Assembly (NCBI GenBank): GCA_965140445.1
Contig: OZ223236.1
Location: 416,001 to 480,000, forward strand
Direction of reading: 5' to 3'
Length of the DNA stretch: 64,000 nucleotides
From: Candidatus Ozemobacteraceae bacterium
GTDB taxonomy: Bacteria; Muiribacteriota; Ozemobacteria; Ozemobacterales; Ozemobacteraceae
Of this stretch, positions 47,127 to 56,354 are shown in pieces (the first letter of the stretch is position 1; every line of letters begins with the position of its first letter). The notes under the pieces were generated by a model. It had not been told where the DNA came from. It saw only the letters and a program-made list of their open reading frames with translations, and ran no database searches. Position numbers and translations under genes: made by a program.

Positions 47127-48659
47127 ATGAGAAAAAGAACTCTATTCTTGGCATTTTGCTTAATTCTCTTGAATTGCTCTTCATTTGCGCATGATTATAA
47201 AAACAAGCATTCATTTTGGAAGGAATTTACAGAAATCTCCAAAATTTACCGGCCTTCAAAGGGCGAACAAAAAATAACCGAATACATTTTAAGAAAAGCA
47301 AAGCTAAAATCCTGCAAAAGCTTCGTAGATGAATCTGGAAATATCTCTATTGAAATCCCAGCCACAAAAGGCAATGAGAGCCTGCCGGCAATTATTCTTC
47401 AATCTCACCTTGATATGGTTTGTGTTGCAAAAGAGAACTCTGATTTTGTCTGGGGCAAAGATTTCATAGAGACTCGCGTAGAAGATGGCTGGTTATGCGC
47501 CACCAAAACCTCGTTAGGTGCTGATAATGGCATAGGAGTTGCCGCAATGCTGGATGTTTTGAACTCCCCACCAAAATCACACGGGCCAATCCAACTTCTT
47601 TTTACTACAGATGAAGAAGGCGATTTCTCCGGAGTCTGCGCTTTGAAACCAGAGCAGTTTAAAGGAAATTATTTATTGAATCTCGATAGTGAAGAAGCTG
47701 GAGAATTTAATGTGGGTTGTGCTGGTGGACAAGCTGATGAATTAAAAATACCCCTGTGTTTTGAGAAAATAAGTCCTTCAGAAAAGGTTTTCGAAATTTC
47801 TATTTCAGGCGGTCTTGGAGGTCATTCTGGAGTCGATATTCATAGAGAAAGAGCGAACGCAATATCAGAGCTGTTCAAATTGCTATGCCGAGTAAATAAA
47901 GTGATACCCATAAAGTTGGTAAATTTTTCTGGAGGAACCTCAGACACAGCGATTCCATCAGAGGCAAAAGCGACTTTTGTTTGCCGGGAAACAGATGAAA
48001 ACAGGCTTAAAAAACAAATAAAATTCTGTTTTACGATATTAAAATACCGATTCAGCAAAACAGACAAAAATCTCGTCCCTGAAACTAAAGCTAAAAAGCA
48101 CAAAATAGTCAGATGCATTAGTAAAGAATGCTCTGATAGAATAATTCGTTGTTTCAGCGACATACCAAGTGGAGTATTGGCAATGAGCAAATCATGGCCA
48201 GGAAATGTTCAAACTTCCATGAATCCAGGATTACTCAAAATTGATAGCAATTCTGCTTACTTAAAAACCCATATTCAAGCAACTTCAATCTCCTGTATTT
48301 CTAAACTTTCAAAGCGAATCAATAGAATTGCAAAAGGCGGTGGAGCAATACATATAGCTGGTTTACCATATAGACCATGGGAAGCAGACAGAAATTCTGA
48401 TCTTATCAAGGAATCAGTCAAGATCCACCAAAAGATTTTTGGAACTCTGCCCAAGCTTAAAGTTGTTCATGCTGGCGTAGAATGCGGAGAAATAAAACAC
48501 ATTTCCCCATCAATTCAAATGATCTCTTTTGGTCCAGATATCAGGAACGCCCACACTGTTGATGAAAAAGTAAAAATTGATACAGTTGAAAACTTCTTAG
48601 ACCTGCTTAGAGCCATGGTTATAGGATTACCAAAAGCCTTAAACCATAAATTAAATTGA
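47127..48659 (+). CDS. pepD: M20 aminoacyl-histidine dipeptidase (PepD-like) with signal peptide
   Basis: LQSHLDMV, LGADNGIG, TDEE, NLDSEE, GGHSG, HAGVECG, AHT.DE. Confidence 0.88.
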   Translation: MRKRTLFLAFCLILLNCSSFAHDYKNKHSFWKEFTEISKIYRPSKGEQKITEYILRKAKLKSCKSFVDESGNISIEIPATKGNESLPAIILQSHLDMVCVAKENSDFVWGKDFIETRVEDGWLCATKTSLGADNGIGVAAMLDVLNSPPKSHGPIQLLFTTDEEGDFSGVCALKPEQFKGNYLLNLDSEEAGEFNVGCAGGQADELKIPLCFEKISPSEKVFEISISGGLGGHSGVDIHRERANAISELFKLLCRVNKVIPIKLVNFSGGTSDTAIPSEAKATFVCRETDENRLKKQIKFCFTILKYRFSKTDKNLVPETKAKKHKIVRCISKECSDRIIRCFSDIPSGVLAMSKSWPGNVQTSMNPGLLKIDSNSAYLKTHIQATSISCISKLSKRINRIAKGGGAIHIAGLPYRPWEADRNSDLIKESVKIHQKIFGTLPKLKVVHAGVECGEIKHISPSIQMISFGPDIRNAHTVDEKVKIDTVENFLDLLRAMVIGLPKALNHKLN

Positions 48660-48700
48660 GCCAGTTTGATTTTCTTCCAAATTTGCTGAAGGCATTTAAT

Positions 48701-49312
48701 ATGAAAAATAAAATTCCCCCACTGAAATTCGAAACCAAAAGGTTAGTTGTAAGACCTTTAACAAGAAGTGATTATAGGGAATGGAAACGTTCACACCTGG
48801 AATCCCTGCCTTCCCAATCACAGTTTGATGAAAGCTGCGAGGAAGAAAGTGAATTGAGCTTTTCTAATTTCCTGGCTGATTTAAAGCGCTTTAGAAAAAA
48901 AGCTGAAATTGGTGAAACCTACAATTTCTTTGCTTTTCAAAAAAGCGACGGGCGACTAATTGGCGGATGCCAGTTCTGGCTGGTGCAAAGATATGAGTGC
49001 CAAAGAACTTCAATGGGATACTGGATATTTAATAACTATTGGAAACAGGGCTTCGGCTTTGAACTGGCAAGTGGACTAATAAACCACGGCTTAAAGAAAA
49101 TGAAATTAAACCGCATAGAAGCTGAAATTCTTCCTGATAATATTCCATCCATAGAATTATCAAAAAAAGTAGGAATGACCTTTGAGGGAATCAGAAGAAA
49201 CTCCATGTATTTTGATGGAAGCTGGCATGATCACGCCATTTATGCAATTACCGCTGACGATATAGGCATCATTGATCGGGCACCAGAAAGTGAGTTTACG
49301 GCATTCGTTTAG
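48701..49312 (+). CDS. RimJ/RimL-family GNAT N-acetyltransferase
   Basis: ETKRLVVRP, GYW...YWKQGFG, LNRIEA...N.PS..L..KVG...EG..R, W.DH. Confidence 0.88.
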   Translation: MKNKIPPLKFETKRLVVRPLTRSDYREWKRSHLESLPSQSQFDESCEEESELSFSNFLADLKRFRKKAEIGETYNFFAFQKSDGRLIGGCQFWLVQRYECQRTSMGYWIFNNYWKQGFGFELASGLINHGLKKMKLNRIEAEILPDNIPSIELSKKVGMTFEGIRRNSMYFDGSWHDHAIYAITADDIGIIDRAPESEFTAFV

Positions 49313-49348
49313 AGAAACACCATCTACTGGCCGCCATTATTAGACTTA

Positions 49349-50323
49349 TCAAGGGGTTCTAGTTTTTTGCTTTCTTTTGATTCGAAAGTTTCGTCGGTCT
49401 GATCCTTTTTCCATTTTATGTTTCTGCATAAACTTTTCTCTGAGAGCTTTTCTATCAACATTTTCTTTATCAGCATCATGATTCTGCATAAACTTTTCCC
49501 GAAGTGATTTTCTAATTTTTTGACGATCCTGATTCAAATCTGGTTTATCTCCATCCCTTTTACGGTTTTGAAACCTTTGCCGCATATTCTCTTTATCTGA
49601 ACCTTTTTGTTTTTCTATGTTTCCCATACCTTCTCTAAATTTTCTGATTTCTTTCCAACGGTTCTTGAATGGCCGTTTATTTTCATTAGATTGCCCCTCA
49701 CCCCCAAAACTATTGCGGCGAAACTCTTTTATCTCATTATCTCTGCGCAAAGGATTTTGTTTTTGATTTCTCTTTTCCTGAAGCCTTTTAAATGCAGGTC
49801 TGAACTGGCCATTTTTTTCAGAACTTCCATTTTGGTTTCCCATTCCTGGCCTACGTCTGTTATCGTCAGGATTAAATCTGCCCTGATTACTTTTATGGTC
49901 TAAAAAGTTCTTATTATTCTGGCGATTGAAATGTCTTTTTCTAAACTGCTCTCTTTTTTCAGGAGAAAACTCTTTAAAGCGCTTGAATTTCTTTCGCACC
50001 TGCTCTCTTTTTTTCTTATCAAAGCTTTTCATTCTTTTGTAGTTTGATCTAATTCGCTCTTGCTCAGCCGGTTTCAGCGTTTTAATTTTCCTGAAATTCT
50101 TTTCCAGTTTCTTAAATTTTGCTTCTGACATGGATTTGGCGATTGTTCTAATCTTATTTTTCTGCTCTTCTGAAAGTTCCTGCCAGCGCTTTAACTTTTC
50201 CTGGTATGTCATCCCCTCTTTGTTTGTAGTTTCTTGCGCAAAAAGTGGCCCAATTGCGGTCGTAATAAAACACAACTGCATTAGAATAAAAAGTAGGATT
50301 GAAGCTATTTTGCGCCTGTTCAT
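49349..50323 (-). CDS. DUF3106-like secreted basic helical protein
   Basis: W..LS.EQK, L.PAEQERIR and F..FSPEKREQ.R repeats; lies after the anti-sigma gene. Confidence 0.65.
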   Translation of the reverse strand: MNRRKIASILLFILMQLCFITTAIGPLFAQETTNKEGMTYQEKLKRWQELSEEQKNKIRTIAKSMSEAKFKKLEKNFRKIKTLKPAEQERIRSNYKRMKSFDKKKREQVRKKFKRFKEFSPEKREQFRKRHFNRQNNKNFLDHKSNQGRFNPDDNRRRPGMGNQNGSSEKNGQFRPAFKRLQEKRNQKQNPLRRDNEIKEFRRNSFGGEGQSNENKRPFKNRWKEIRKFREGMGNIEKQKGSDKENMRQRFQNRKRDGDKPDLNQDRQKIRKSLREKFMQNHDADKENVDRKALREKFMQKHKMEKGSDRRNFRIKRKQKTRTP

Positions 50324-50326
50324 AAG

Positions 50327-50857
50327 TTAATTTTCCATTTCCAGATTTTCTACAGTTTCCAGATCTTCAAGAAGTTCAACGTTCTCTAATAATTCTACAT
50401 TTTCGTAGATATCCAAATTCCTGATTATTTCTTCATCTTTTAAGTTCCGGACAACCTCAATTTTAGTGCTATGCGAAATTGGATCACTAATTGTTTTTAT
50501 AGCTGGATTTCTGGTGTAAAAAGCATAACCCAGGCCCAATAAAACCAGGAGTGAAGCAAATGCAGGAACAGCTGGGAATGCCTTTAGCTCAAACAAGGCA
50601 AGGAATCTTGAGAGAAAACCTGGCTGCTCTTTTTCCACAAGCTGAGAGGTTTTAGATATTACATCTGTAGTGAAAGCAGCGGTTGTCTCCGGAACAACAA
50701 ATTCTTCAAGCATTTCCCATGAATCAAGAAGCTCATTTAGCTCATTTTCGCAGCTTTGACAGCTTTGGAAATGCTCTTCAAGCAAGTCTCTGCTCTGACG
50801 ATCCATATCGCCATCAAGATACTCGTTCAATAAACTTTTTGCCTTTTTGCAATCCAT
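50327..50857 (-). CDS. zf-HC2 anti-sigma factor
   Basis: MDC...YLDG...EEHFQSCQSC plus a TM helix. Confidence 0.88.
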   Translation of the reverse strand: MDCKKAKSLLNEYLDGDMDRQSRDLLEEHFQSCQSCENELNELLDSWEMLEEFVVPETTAAFTTDVISKTSQLVEKEQPGFLSRFLALFELKAFPAVPAFASLLVLLGLGYAFYTRNPAIKTISDPISHSTKIEVVRNLKDEEIIRNLDIYENVELLENVELLEDLETVENLEMEN

Positions 50858-50890
50858 AATTTCCTCAACTTCGCCATTATCCGGAATTTA

Positions 50891-51559
50891 TCAAATGGCC
50901 TCAGTTATATACTCCTTGAGATGGTCTTTAAGCGAAACCCGTCCCCGGAACAGAAGCGACTTCACCGCTTGAATCGAGCAATTCATAATTTCAGCTATCT
51001 CTTCGTAGTTTAGATGATCATATCTTCTCAACAGAATTACCATGCGCTGAGACTCTGGCAGCTTCATTATTGCCTCGCGGACATAATTTGCCCGTTCGTC
51101 ATCAATTACTTTTTCCGAGGGATTTACGCCTTTCAGATCTGGTAAATCATTCAAAACTTCTTTTTCCATGCCTGTTTTAGACTCATTAAGTGACTTGTTA
51201 TTCCCAATCTTTTTTAATGCCTGCAGACAAGTATTTTTGCAGATAACATAAAGCCAGGTAGTAAATCTGGCAGTTACCTTATAGTTTTTACGCGCGAGGT
51301 AGACCTTAACAAAAACATCCTGAGCAATGTCTTCTGCTTCGCTATATCCACCAAGAAACCTGAAAACCAGATTTAAAACTCTTTGTTTATGGCGGTCTAC
51401 AATAAATCGAAAAGCAACTTCGTTGCCCTTCTGAAATTGCAGCATAAGCTCTTCATCTTTAAGGTTTTCAAGCAAACTTGCCAATTTGTTCCCCATTATG
51501 GATCTGTGTTTTGAATAATCTGAATTTTTTTCCAGCTTATCAGGATAAGTTTTACACAA
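50891..51559 (-). CDS. ECF sigma factor (RpoE/SigW-like)
   Basis: AEDIAQDVF, FTTWLY, LPESQR...L.YEEIAEIM.CS...VKSLLFR. Confidence 0.93.
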   Translation of the reverse strand: MCKTYPDKLEKNSDYSKHRSIMGNKLASLLENLKDEELMLQFQKGNEVAFRFIVDRHKQRVLNLVFRFLGGYSEAEDIAQDVFVKVYLARKNYKVTARFTTWLYVICKNTCLQALKKIGNNKSLNESKTGMEKEVLNDLPDLKGVNPSEKVIDDERANYVREAIMKLPESQRMVILLRRYDHLNYEEIAEIMNCSIQAVKSLLFRGRVSLKDHLKEYITEAI

Positions 51560-51630
51560 TTAACTTTCAATTCATTTAAGCAAACTTGCCAGCTAATACA
51601 ATTTTGCTATTAGCTGGCAAATTCAGTTCG

Positions 51631-52551
51631 TTACTTTTTGGCTTTTGCCCTTTGTGCTTTTGCACCATGCGATCTTACGCCATTGTTGCTTTTTTCTTTG
51701 AATCTGCCATAGGCATTTCCATTTGGTGAATTTGAATCAGTAGTTTGATCTTTTCCTTGTCTAAACTGTCTGCGATGTCGAAAACCACTTTGGTCAGCGG
51801 ACTGACTTCCTGAATCTTCACCCTGGTTGCCTCTTTGTCGGAAGTTGCGGAAGCGGCCACGAAAACCTGTCTGGTCGCCAGATTGATTTACCGAATCTTC
51901 ACCCTGGTTGCCTTTTTGTCGGAAGTTGCGAAATCGACCACGAAAACCTGCCTGGTCGCCAGATTGATTTACCGAATCTTCACCCTGGTTGCCTTTTTGT
52001 CGGAAGTTGCGGAAGCGGCCACGAAAACCTGTCTGGTCGCCAGATTGATTTACCGAATCTTCACCCTGGTTGCCTTTTTGTCGGAAGTTGCGAAATCGAC
52101 CACGAAAACCTGTCTGGTCGCCAGATTGGCTTTTCCAATTGTTGTTTTTAAATTTATCTTTACCAACTCCAGGGCCACCTCTGAGTCCGGGAGGGTTTTC
52201 CCAGTTAGTGCCAGGTCCACCGCGACGGCCAGGAGGGTTGTTATCATTATCAAATCTTTTTTTATTGTGCTGTCCCTGGTTTACGTCATTGGTTTTATTT
52301 TCTTTTCGTTCCTGTCTTCTTTCCTGGAATTTTTCTTTTATCTCTTCGCGCTTTTGCTTCCAATCTTCTTTTTTCTGTTTCCAGGCTTCTTTTTTATCGT
52401 TATTTCCATTGCCGTTTTCATCAGTAACAGAGCTTTCGTCCGCGAAAAGCATTCCTAATGTTCCAAACACCATCAAAACGAGAACTAAGAACCTTTCACT
52501 AATTTTTGCCATTCGATCTTTATTGGGCTTTTCAATTTTTGAGATTCGCAT
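51631..52551 (-). CDS. Secreted low-complexity protein with 27-aa repeats
   Basis: Hydrophobic signal, NPPG.RGGPG twice, QSGDQTGFRGRFRNFRQKGNQGEDSVN four times; GGAGG SD. Confidence 0.75.
   Translation of the reverse strand: MRISKIEKPNKDRMAKISERFLVLVLMVFGTLGMLFADESSVTDENGNGNNDKKEAWKQKKEDWKQKREEIKEKFQERRQERKENKTNDVNQGQHNKKRFDNDNNPPGRRGGPGTNWENPPGLRGGPGVGKDKFKNNNWKSQSGDQTGFRGRFRNFRQKGNQGEDSVNQSGDQTGFRGRFRNFRQKGNQGEDSVNQSGDQAGFRGRFRNFRQKGNQGEDSVNQSGDQTGFRGRFRNFRQRGNQGEDSGSQSADQSGFRHRRQFRQGKDQTTDSNSPNGNAYGRFKEKSNNGVRSHGAKAQRAKAKK
51812..52128. repeat. Intragenic 81-bp tandem repeat, four units
   Basis: gaatcttcaccctgg at 51812, 51893, 51974 and 52055. Confidence 0.95.
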
Positions 52552-52618
52552 TTGATTTCCTCCGTTTTGTTTTAGTGCACTTAATAAGTTAAATTCGCTT
52601 TTTGGAAAAAAGTTGCGG

Positions 52619-52842
52619 TTTTTTTTTCTTAGAACTGAAAGTTCTAAGAAAAAAAAAGACCGGGCTCATAAAAATGACCCGGACTGAAAAATAAGGAGGC
52701 AAACAAATCCATAAACAGTTTCGACCGAAGATGATCTTTTGTTAACCTTTATTTTTCGGCCTTTAAGAGACAATTACAAACAAACATAAACAAGCAAAAG
52801 TACCCTTAATCACCTGTACGTACAAATGGACTAAAACTTTTT
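52619..52842 (-). ncRNA. Dispersed structured element, copy 6
   Basis: Core 52660-52763; palindrome TGTACGTACA at 52815-52824. Confidence 0.5.
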
Positions 52843-52850
52843 TTCCAAAT

Positions 52851-52889
52851 AAAAAACCCCCGCTGACCAATCATTGTCAGAGGGGGTTT
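52851..52889 (-). terminator. Intrinsic terminator of the ABC operon
   Basis: aaaaaacccccgctgac...gtcagagggggttt. Confidence 0.7.
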
Positions 52890-52909
52890 AATTCTTTAAA
52901 GACTAATGC

Positions 52910-54154
52910 TTAATGAAAGTTAATTACCTGTTCTTCAACCTTTCTGGCTGCATTGCTCAGAGCTTCTTTTGCTGTTTTCTGACCGGTCAAAACAGTTTCA
53001 ACTTCTGGATTAACTATATCTTCCAGGAGTCCGTAACTTGAAACAACCGGATTGGTCTTAGCAAACTTCATCTGTTCCATGAAAGTTTTCAAATGTTCGT
53101 CTTCAAACTTAACCAGATCATATGCTCCAATATTGATTGGAAGCTGATTAAGCTCTGAACACCATCTGGCTTGATTTTTTGCATTGGTAAAGAAAGTCAG
53201 GAAATCGTAGCATTCTTTTGCATACTTAGAATGCTTAAAAATAACTGTATCGGTTCCACCTACATTTGTAGAAGAACCTGCTGGTCCAGCAGGAATCAAG
53301 CCAACACCGAAATCCAAATTTGCATTCTTAAACTTGGCAAGGTTCCATGGGCCCATGAATATCATGGCGTAGTTTCCATTTACAAAGCCTGATTCAGGAT
53401 CAGTTCCACCCGGTCTCCAGGCTCCTGCTTCAATTTTGTGAACATTTACAAGACTGGACATAAATTCTAAGGCGGCAATAGCTTCTGGTGAATCCAGCAC
53501 ACACTTTTTACCATCCGCAGAAACAATTCTGGCTCCAAAAGTATTGAAGAAAGGAAGGTTTCTCCATAACGTGTTCTGCATAGCAAATGCAAATTTACCA
53601 GCATCAGGGTTAGTAAGCTTTTTTCCCACTTCTACAAATTCTTCCCATGTAGCTGGCACCTTGGGCTCAATTCCAGCTTCTCTGAAAAACTTTTTATTGT
53701 AAAACATGGCTACACAAGTGGTTTGATCTGGAATTCCATAATATTTTCCACCGATAAAGCCTGTTTCAAGGGGCGCTTTCAAATACTGGTCCCGGATTTT
53801 GGAAAATCCAAAATTTTCCAGATCTATAACAGCATTTTTCATTGCCAATTCACAAACAAAAGACCAGTCTACACGAGCAATATCAGGTCCCTGGCCTACT
53901 GTGAGGGCTGTTCTTAACTTAGATTTGTGGCCATCGAATGGAAGACGCACTGGGCGAATCGTAAAACTCGCGTTTTTAGCTTCCCATTGCTGAATTATGT
54001 CTTTAAGAACTTTTTCTTCCAGATCGCTATAGGTATGCCAGAAAGAAATGATAGTGCGGCCATCGGGAGAGGTGCTGATAGAATCATCCCAGCAGACAAA
54101 AACTAACGCAAAGTAAGCAATAATAAAGGTAATTAGTATTTTATTTTCTTTCAT
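52910..54154 (-). CDS. Sugar ABC transporter substrate-binding protein
   Basis: ISFWH, G..PDI, YYGIP, FYNK, P.TWEEF, AMIFMGPW. Confidence 0.9.
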   Translation of the reverse strand: MKENKILITFIIAYFALVFVCWDDSISTSPDGRTIISFWHTYSDLEEKVLKDIIQQWEAKNASFTIRPVRLPFDGHKSKLRTALTVGQGPDIARVDWSFVCELAMKNAVIDLENFGFSKIRDQYLKAPLETGFIGGKYYGIPDQTTCVAMFYNKKFFREAGIEPKVPATWEEFVEVGKKLTNPDAGKFAFAMQNTLWRNLPFFNTFGARIVSADGKKCVLDSPEAIAALEFMSSLVNVHKIEAGAWRPGGTDPESGFVNGNYAMIFMGPWNLAKFKNANLDFGVGLIPAGPAGSSTNVGGTDTVIFKHSKYAKECYDFLTFFTNAKNQARWCSELNQLPINIGAYDLVKFEDEHLKTFMEQMKFAKTNPVVSSYGLLEDIVNPEVETVLTGQKTAKEALSNAARKVEEQVINFH

Positions 54155-54164
54155 TTTATTGCCC

Positions 54165-55403
54165 CTATTCCTTTACCGCGCCTTGAGTCATGCCTTCAAT
54201 GAAGTATCGCTGAGCAAACAGGAATAGAACAGCAATTGGAACAATTGAGAAACATGAGGCGGACATTATCAGGCCGAGTTCAGAACTATACTGCCCTTTG
54301 AACAACGACAATCCGACAGGAAGGGTTATGCTTAGCGGGTTTTCAAAATTGGTAACAATCAACTGCCAAAGGAAGTTTGACCAATGAAAGAGGAATGTCA
54401 GCAAAAATAGAGTCAGAATGATTGGGAATGCCAAAGGCACAATAACCACTCTGAAAACCTGCCATTCAGAAGCGCCATCAATTTGAGCAGCTTCTAGCAG
54501 CGAATTGGGAATGGTATCCATAAACTGTTTAAGCAGGAAAATCCCGAAAACAGAGGCCAGATGCGGTAAAAACATGGCCCACTTAGTCCCGAACAGCCCC
54601 ATCTGACAGATCATAAAGAACTGTGGAACCATGAACATCATTCCAGGAATCATCATAGTCGCTAACAGCAGCATAAACACCTGCTGCTTATATGGAAACT
54701 CTTTTTTGGAGAATGCGTAAGCTCCCATAGATGCAAACAGCGTTACCAGAAAGGCGGCTGTTGTTGCAATCAGAAGACTGTTCATGAAATATGTGGCAAA
54801 GTTCTTTTTCTGGTCAATTGGATCTTCAGAAGCAAGCTTTTTTGATTCTGGGTCCATCTTGAGAACTTTCTGGAAGTTCACCAGAGTTGGTTGAGTAGGA
54901 ACGATATCAAATGGATTGCTTCTATTGATTATTAATTCCTGCCCAGAAGGCTTAAACGAAGTGCAAAGCATCCAGAAGAATGGAAACAGCACTACAACTA
55001 CGCCTACTACCAGGGCTTCATATAGAAACATCTTTTTAAGAAATGTTGATCTCTGATTAGGTTTAGTTTTTATATAACTCTGAACCGAGAAAATGGTTAA
55101 AGCTATGGTGAGAATAATCGCCAGCCCATTGTATACGGGAATAAGCTTTCTCATCATCTTTTCAGCCGCTACAGGTTCTTTAACTCCCAGGCCTTTTAAA
55201 TTCTCGGGACTCTGGCCGGCAACCTTATCTGCTTCAGCAGGAGGGCAGCATGGTGAAGCTTCGTTTTTTACTTCCGAAGTGGCAAAAGCGGTTAGAACCA
55301 TGGAACTGAATTTGAATAACTGACTTGAAACTACAAATGAAACAGAGATCAAACCAGCGATAAGTACCATAAAAATTATTACTCTAAATGGGTTCATTTT
55401 CAT
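54165..55403 (-). CDS. Carbohydrate ABC permease (MalG-like) with N-terminal extension
   Basis: LLEAAQIDGAS EAA loop; AQRYFIEG...GAVKE. Confidence 0.92.
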   Translation of the reverse strand: MKMNPFRVIIFMVLIAGLISVSFVVSSQLFKFSSMVLTAFATSEVKNEASPCCPPAEADKVAGQSPENLKGLGVKEPVAAEKMMRKLIPVYNGLAIILTIALTIFSVQSYIKTKPNQRSTFLKKMFLYEALVVGVVVVLFPFFWMLCTSFKPSGQELIINRSNPFDIVPTQPTLVNFQKVLKMDPESKKLASEDPIDQKKNFATYFMNSLLIATTAAFLVTLFASMGAYAFSKKEFPYKQQVFMLLLATMMIPGMMFMVPQFFMICQMGLFGTKWAMFLPHLASVFGIFLLKQFMDTIPNSLLEAAQIDGASEWQVFRVVIVPLAFPIILTLFLLTFLFHWSNFLWQLIVTNFENPLSITLPVGLSLFKGQYSSELGLIMSASCFSIVPIAVLFLFAQRYFIEGMTQGAVKE

Positions 55404-55414
55404 GATTTAATCTC

Positions 55415-56332
55415 CTATGCTTCTTTCTTGGCTGTGATGCGTTGCTGAATAAAGGTAATTCCAAGGGTTATGATCAGAAGCATGTATGAAATTGCTGCGG
55501 CGTAGCCGTAATGACCAGCATCAAACTGCTTAAACAGATAGTAACCAGCTACAGATGTAGAACCGACGGTCTCTCCGCCGACAACAACCTGTGGGCCACC
55601 AGAGGTCATGGCATAAATCTCTGTGAAGGCATTTAAAGCGCCGATTACCCCAGTAATCATCATGAAGACAATAATGGGTTTCAGCAAAGGAACTGTAATG
55701 TGCTTAAATTTCTGCCATTCAGTTGCTCCGTCAATATCAGCTGCTTCATAAACAGCGCCAGGGATATTCTGGAGAGCTGCAAGGAACAATACCATTCCAA
55801 AACCAGCCCCCTTTAAAACCATTGCTAACACAACGGCAGGAAGTGCTGTCCATGGGCTTCCCAATAAACCTGTTGTATTAAAAAAGTTGTCTTTACTAAG
55901 AAAAAATGCAGAGATTTGAGCTAAGGCCCCAAATTTTGGAGCATATATCAGTGTCCAGATAACGCCGACCACCAGCATATCCAAAACATTTGGCAGGAAA
56001 AACGCACTTCTAAAAAAGCCTTTCCCAAAAAGCTTGTTATCCAGCAATAAAGCCAGAACAAGAGCTGAAATGATTCCAAGTGGGATGCTTATTCCACCAT
56101 AAATAGCAGTTACACCAAGTGACCACCAAAACTGAAAATCAGTAAAAATCTTCTTATAGTTTGCCAGACCTACAAACTTTAGATTTCCAAGACTGTAGTC
56201 GGTTGGCGAGCCAAAAAAGCTCAAATAAAAGGAGTAAAAAATGGGGAATATCAGGAAAACCCCAAACAGAATCATGAACGGCGACAGAAATGTAGCAGAA
56301 ACTGCCGTTTCTCTATTAGTTTTTAAAGCCAA
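55415..56332 (-). CDS. Carbohydrate ABC permease (MalF-like)
   Basis: FVGLANY; YEAADIDGATEWQKFKHITVPLL. Confidence 0.92.
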   Translation of the reverse strand: MALKTNRETAVSATFLSPFMILFGVFLIFPIFYSFYLSFFGSPTDYSLGNLKFVGLANYKKIFTDFQFWWSLGVTAIYGGISIPLGIISALVLALLLDNKLFGKGFFRSAFFLPNVLDMLVVGVIWTLIYAPKFGALAQISAFFLSKDNFFNTTGLLGSPWTALPAVVLAMVLKGAGFGMVLFLAALQNIPGAVYEAADIDGATEWQKFKHITVPLLKPIIVFMMITGVIGALNAFTEIYAMTSGGPQVVVGGETVGSTSVAGYYLFKQFDAGHYGYAAAISYMLLIITLGITFIQQRITAKKEA

Positions 56333-56354
56333 AATATAGCCCTCCCCAATTTTC

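Noticed and set aside
51835..52555. Plus-strand repeat ORFs 51835-52458 and 52070-52555, and other short antisense ORFs in the track
   Set aside because: Shadows of longer opposite-strand genes that have SD sequences and recognisable motifs
52910..56332. Missing ATPase in the sugar ABC operon
   Set aside because: Common; CUT1 systems often share an MsmX/MalK encoded elsewhere
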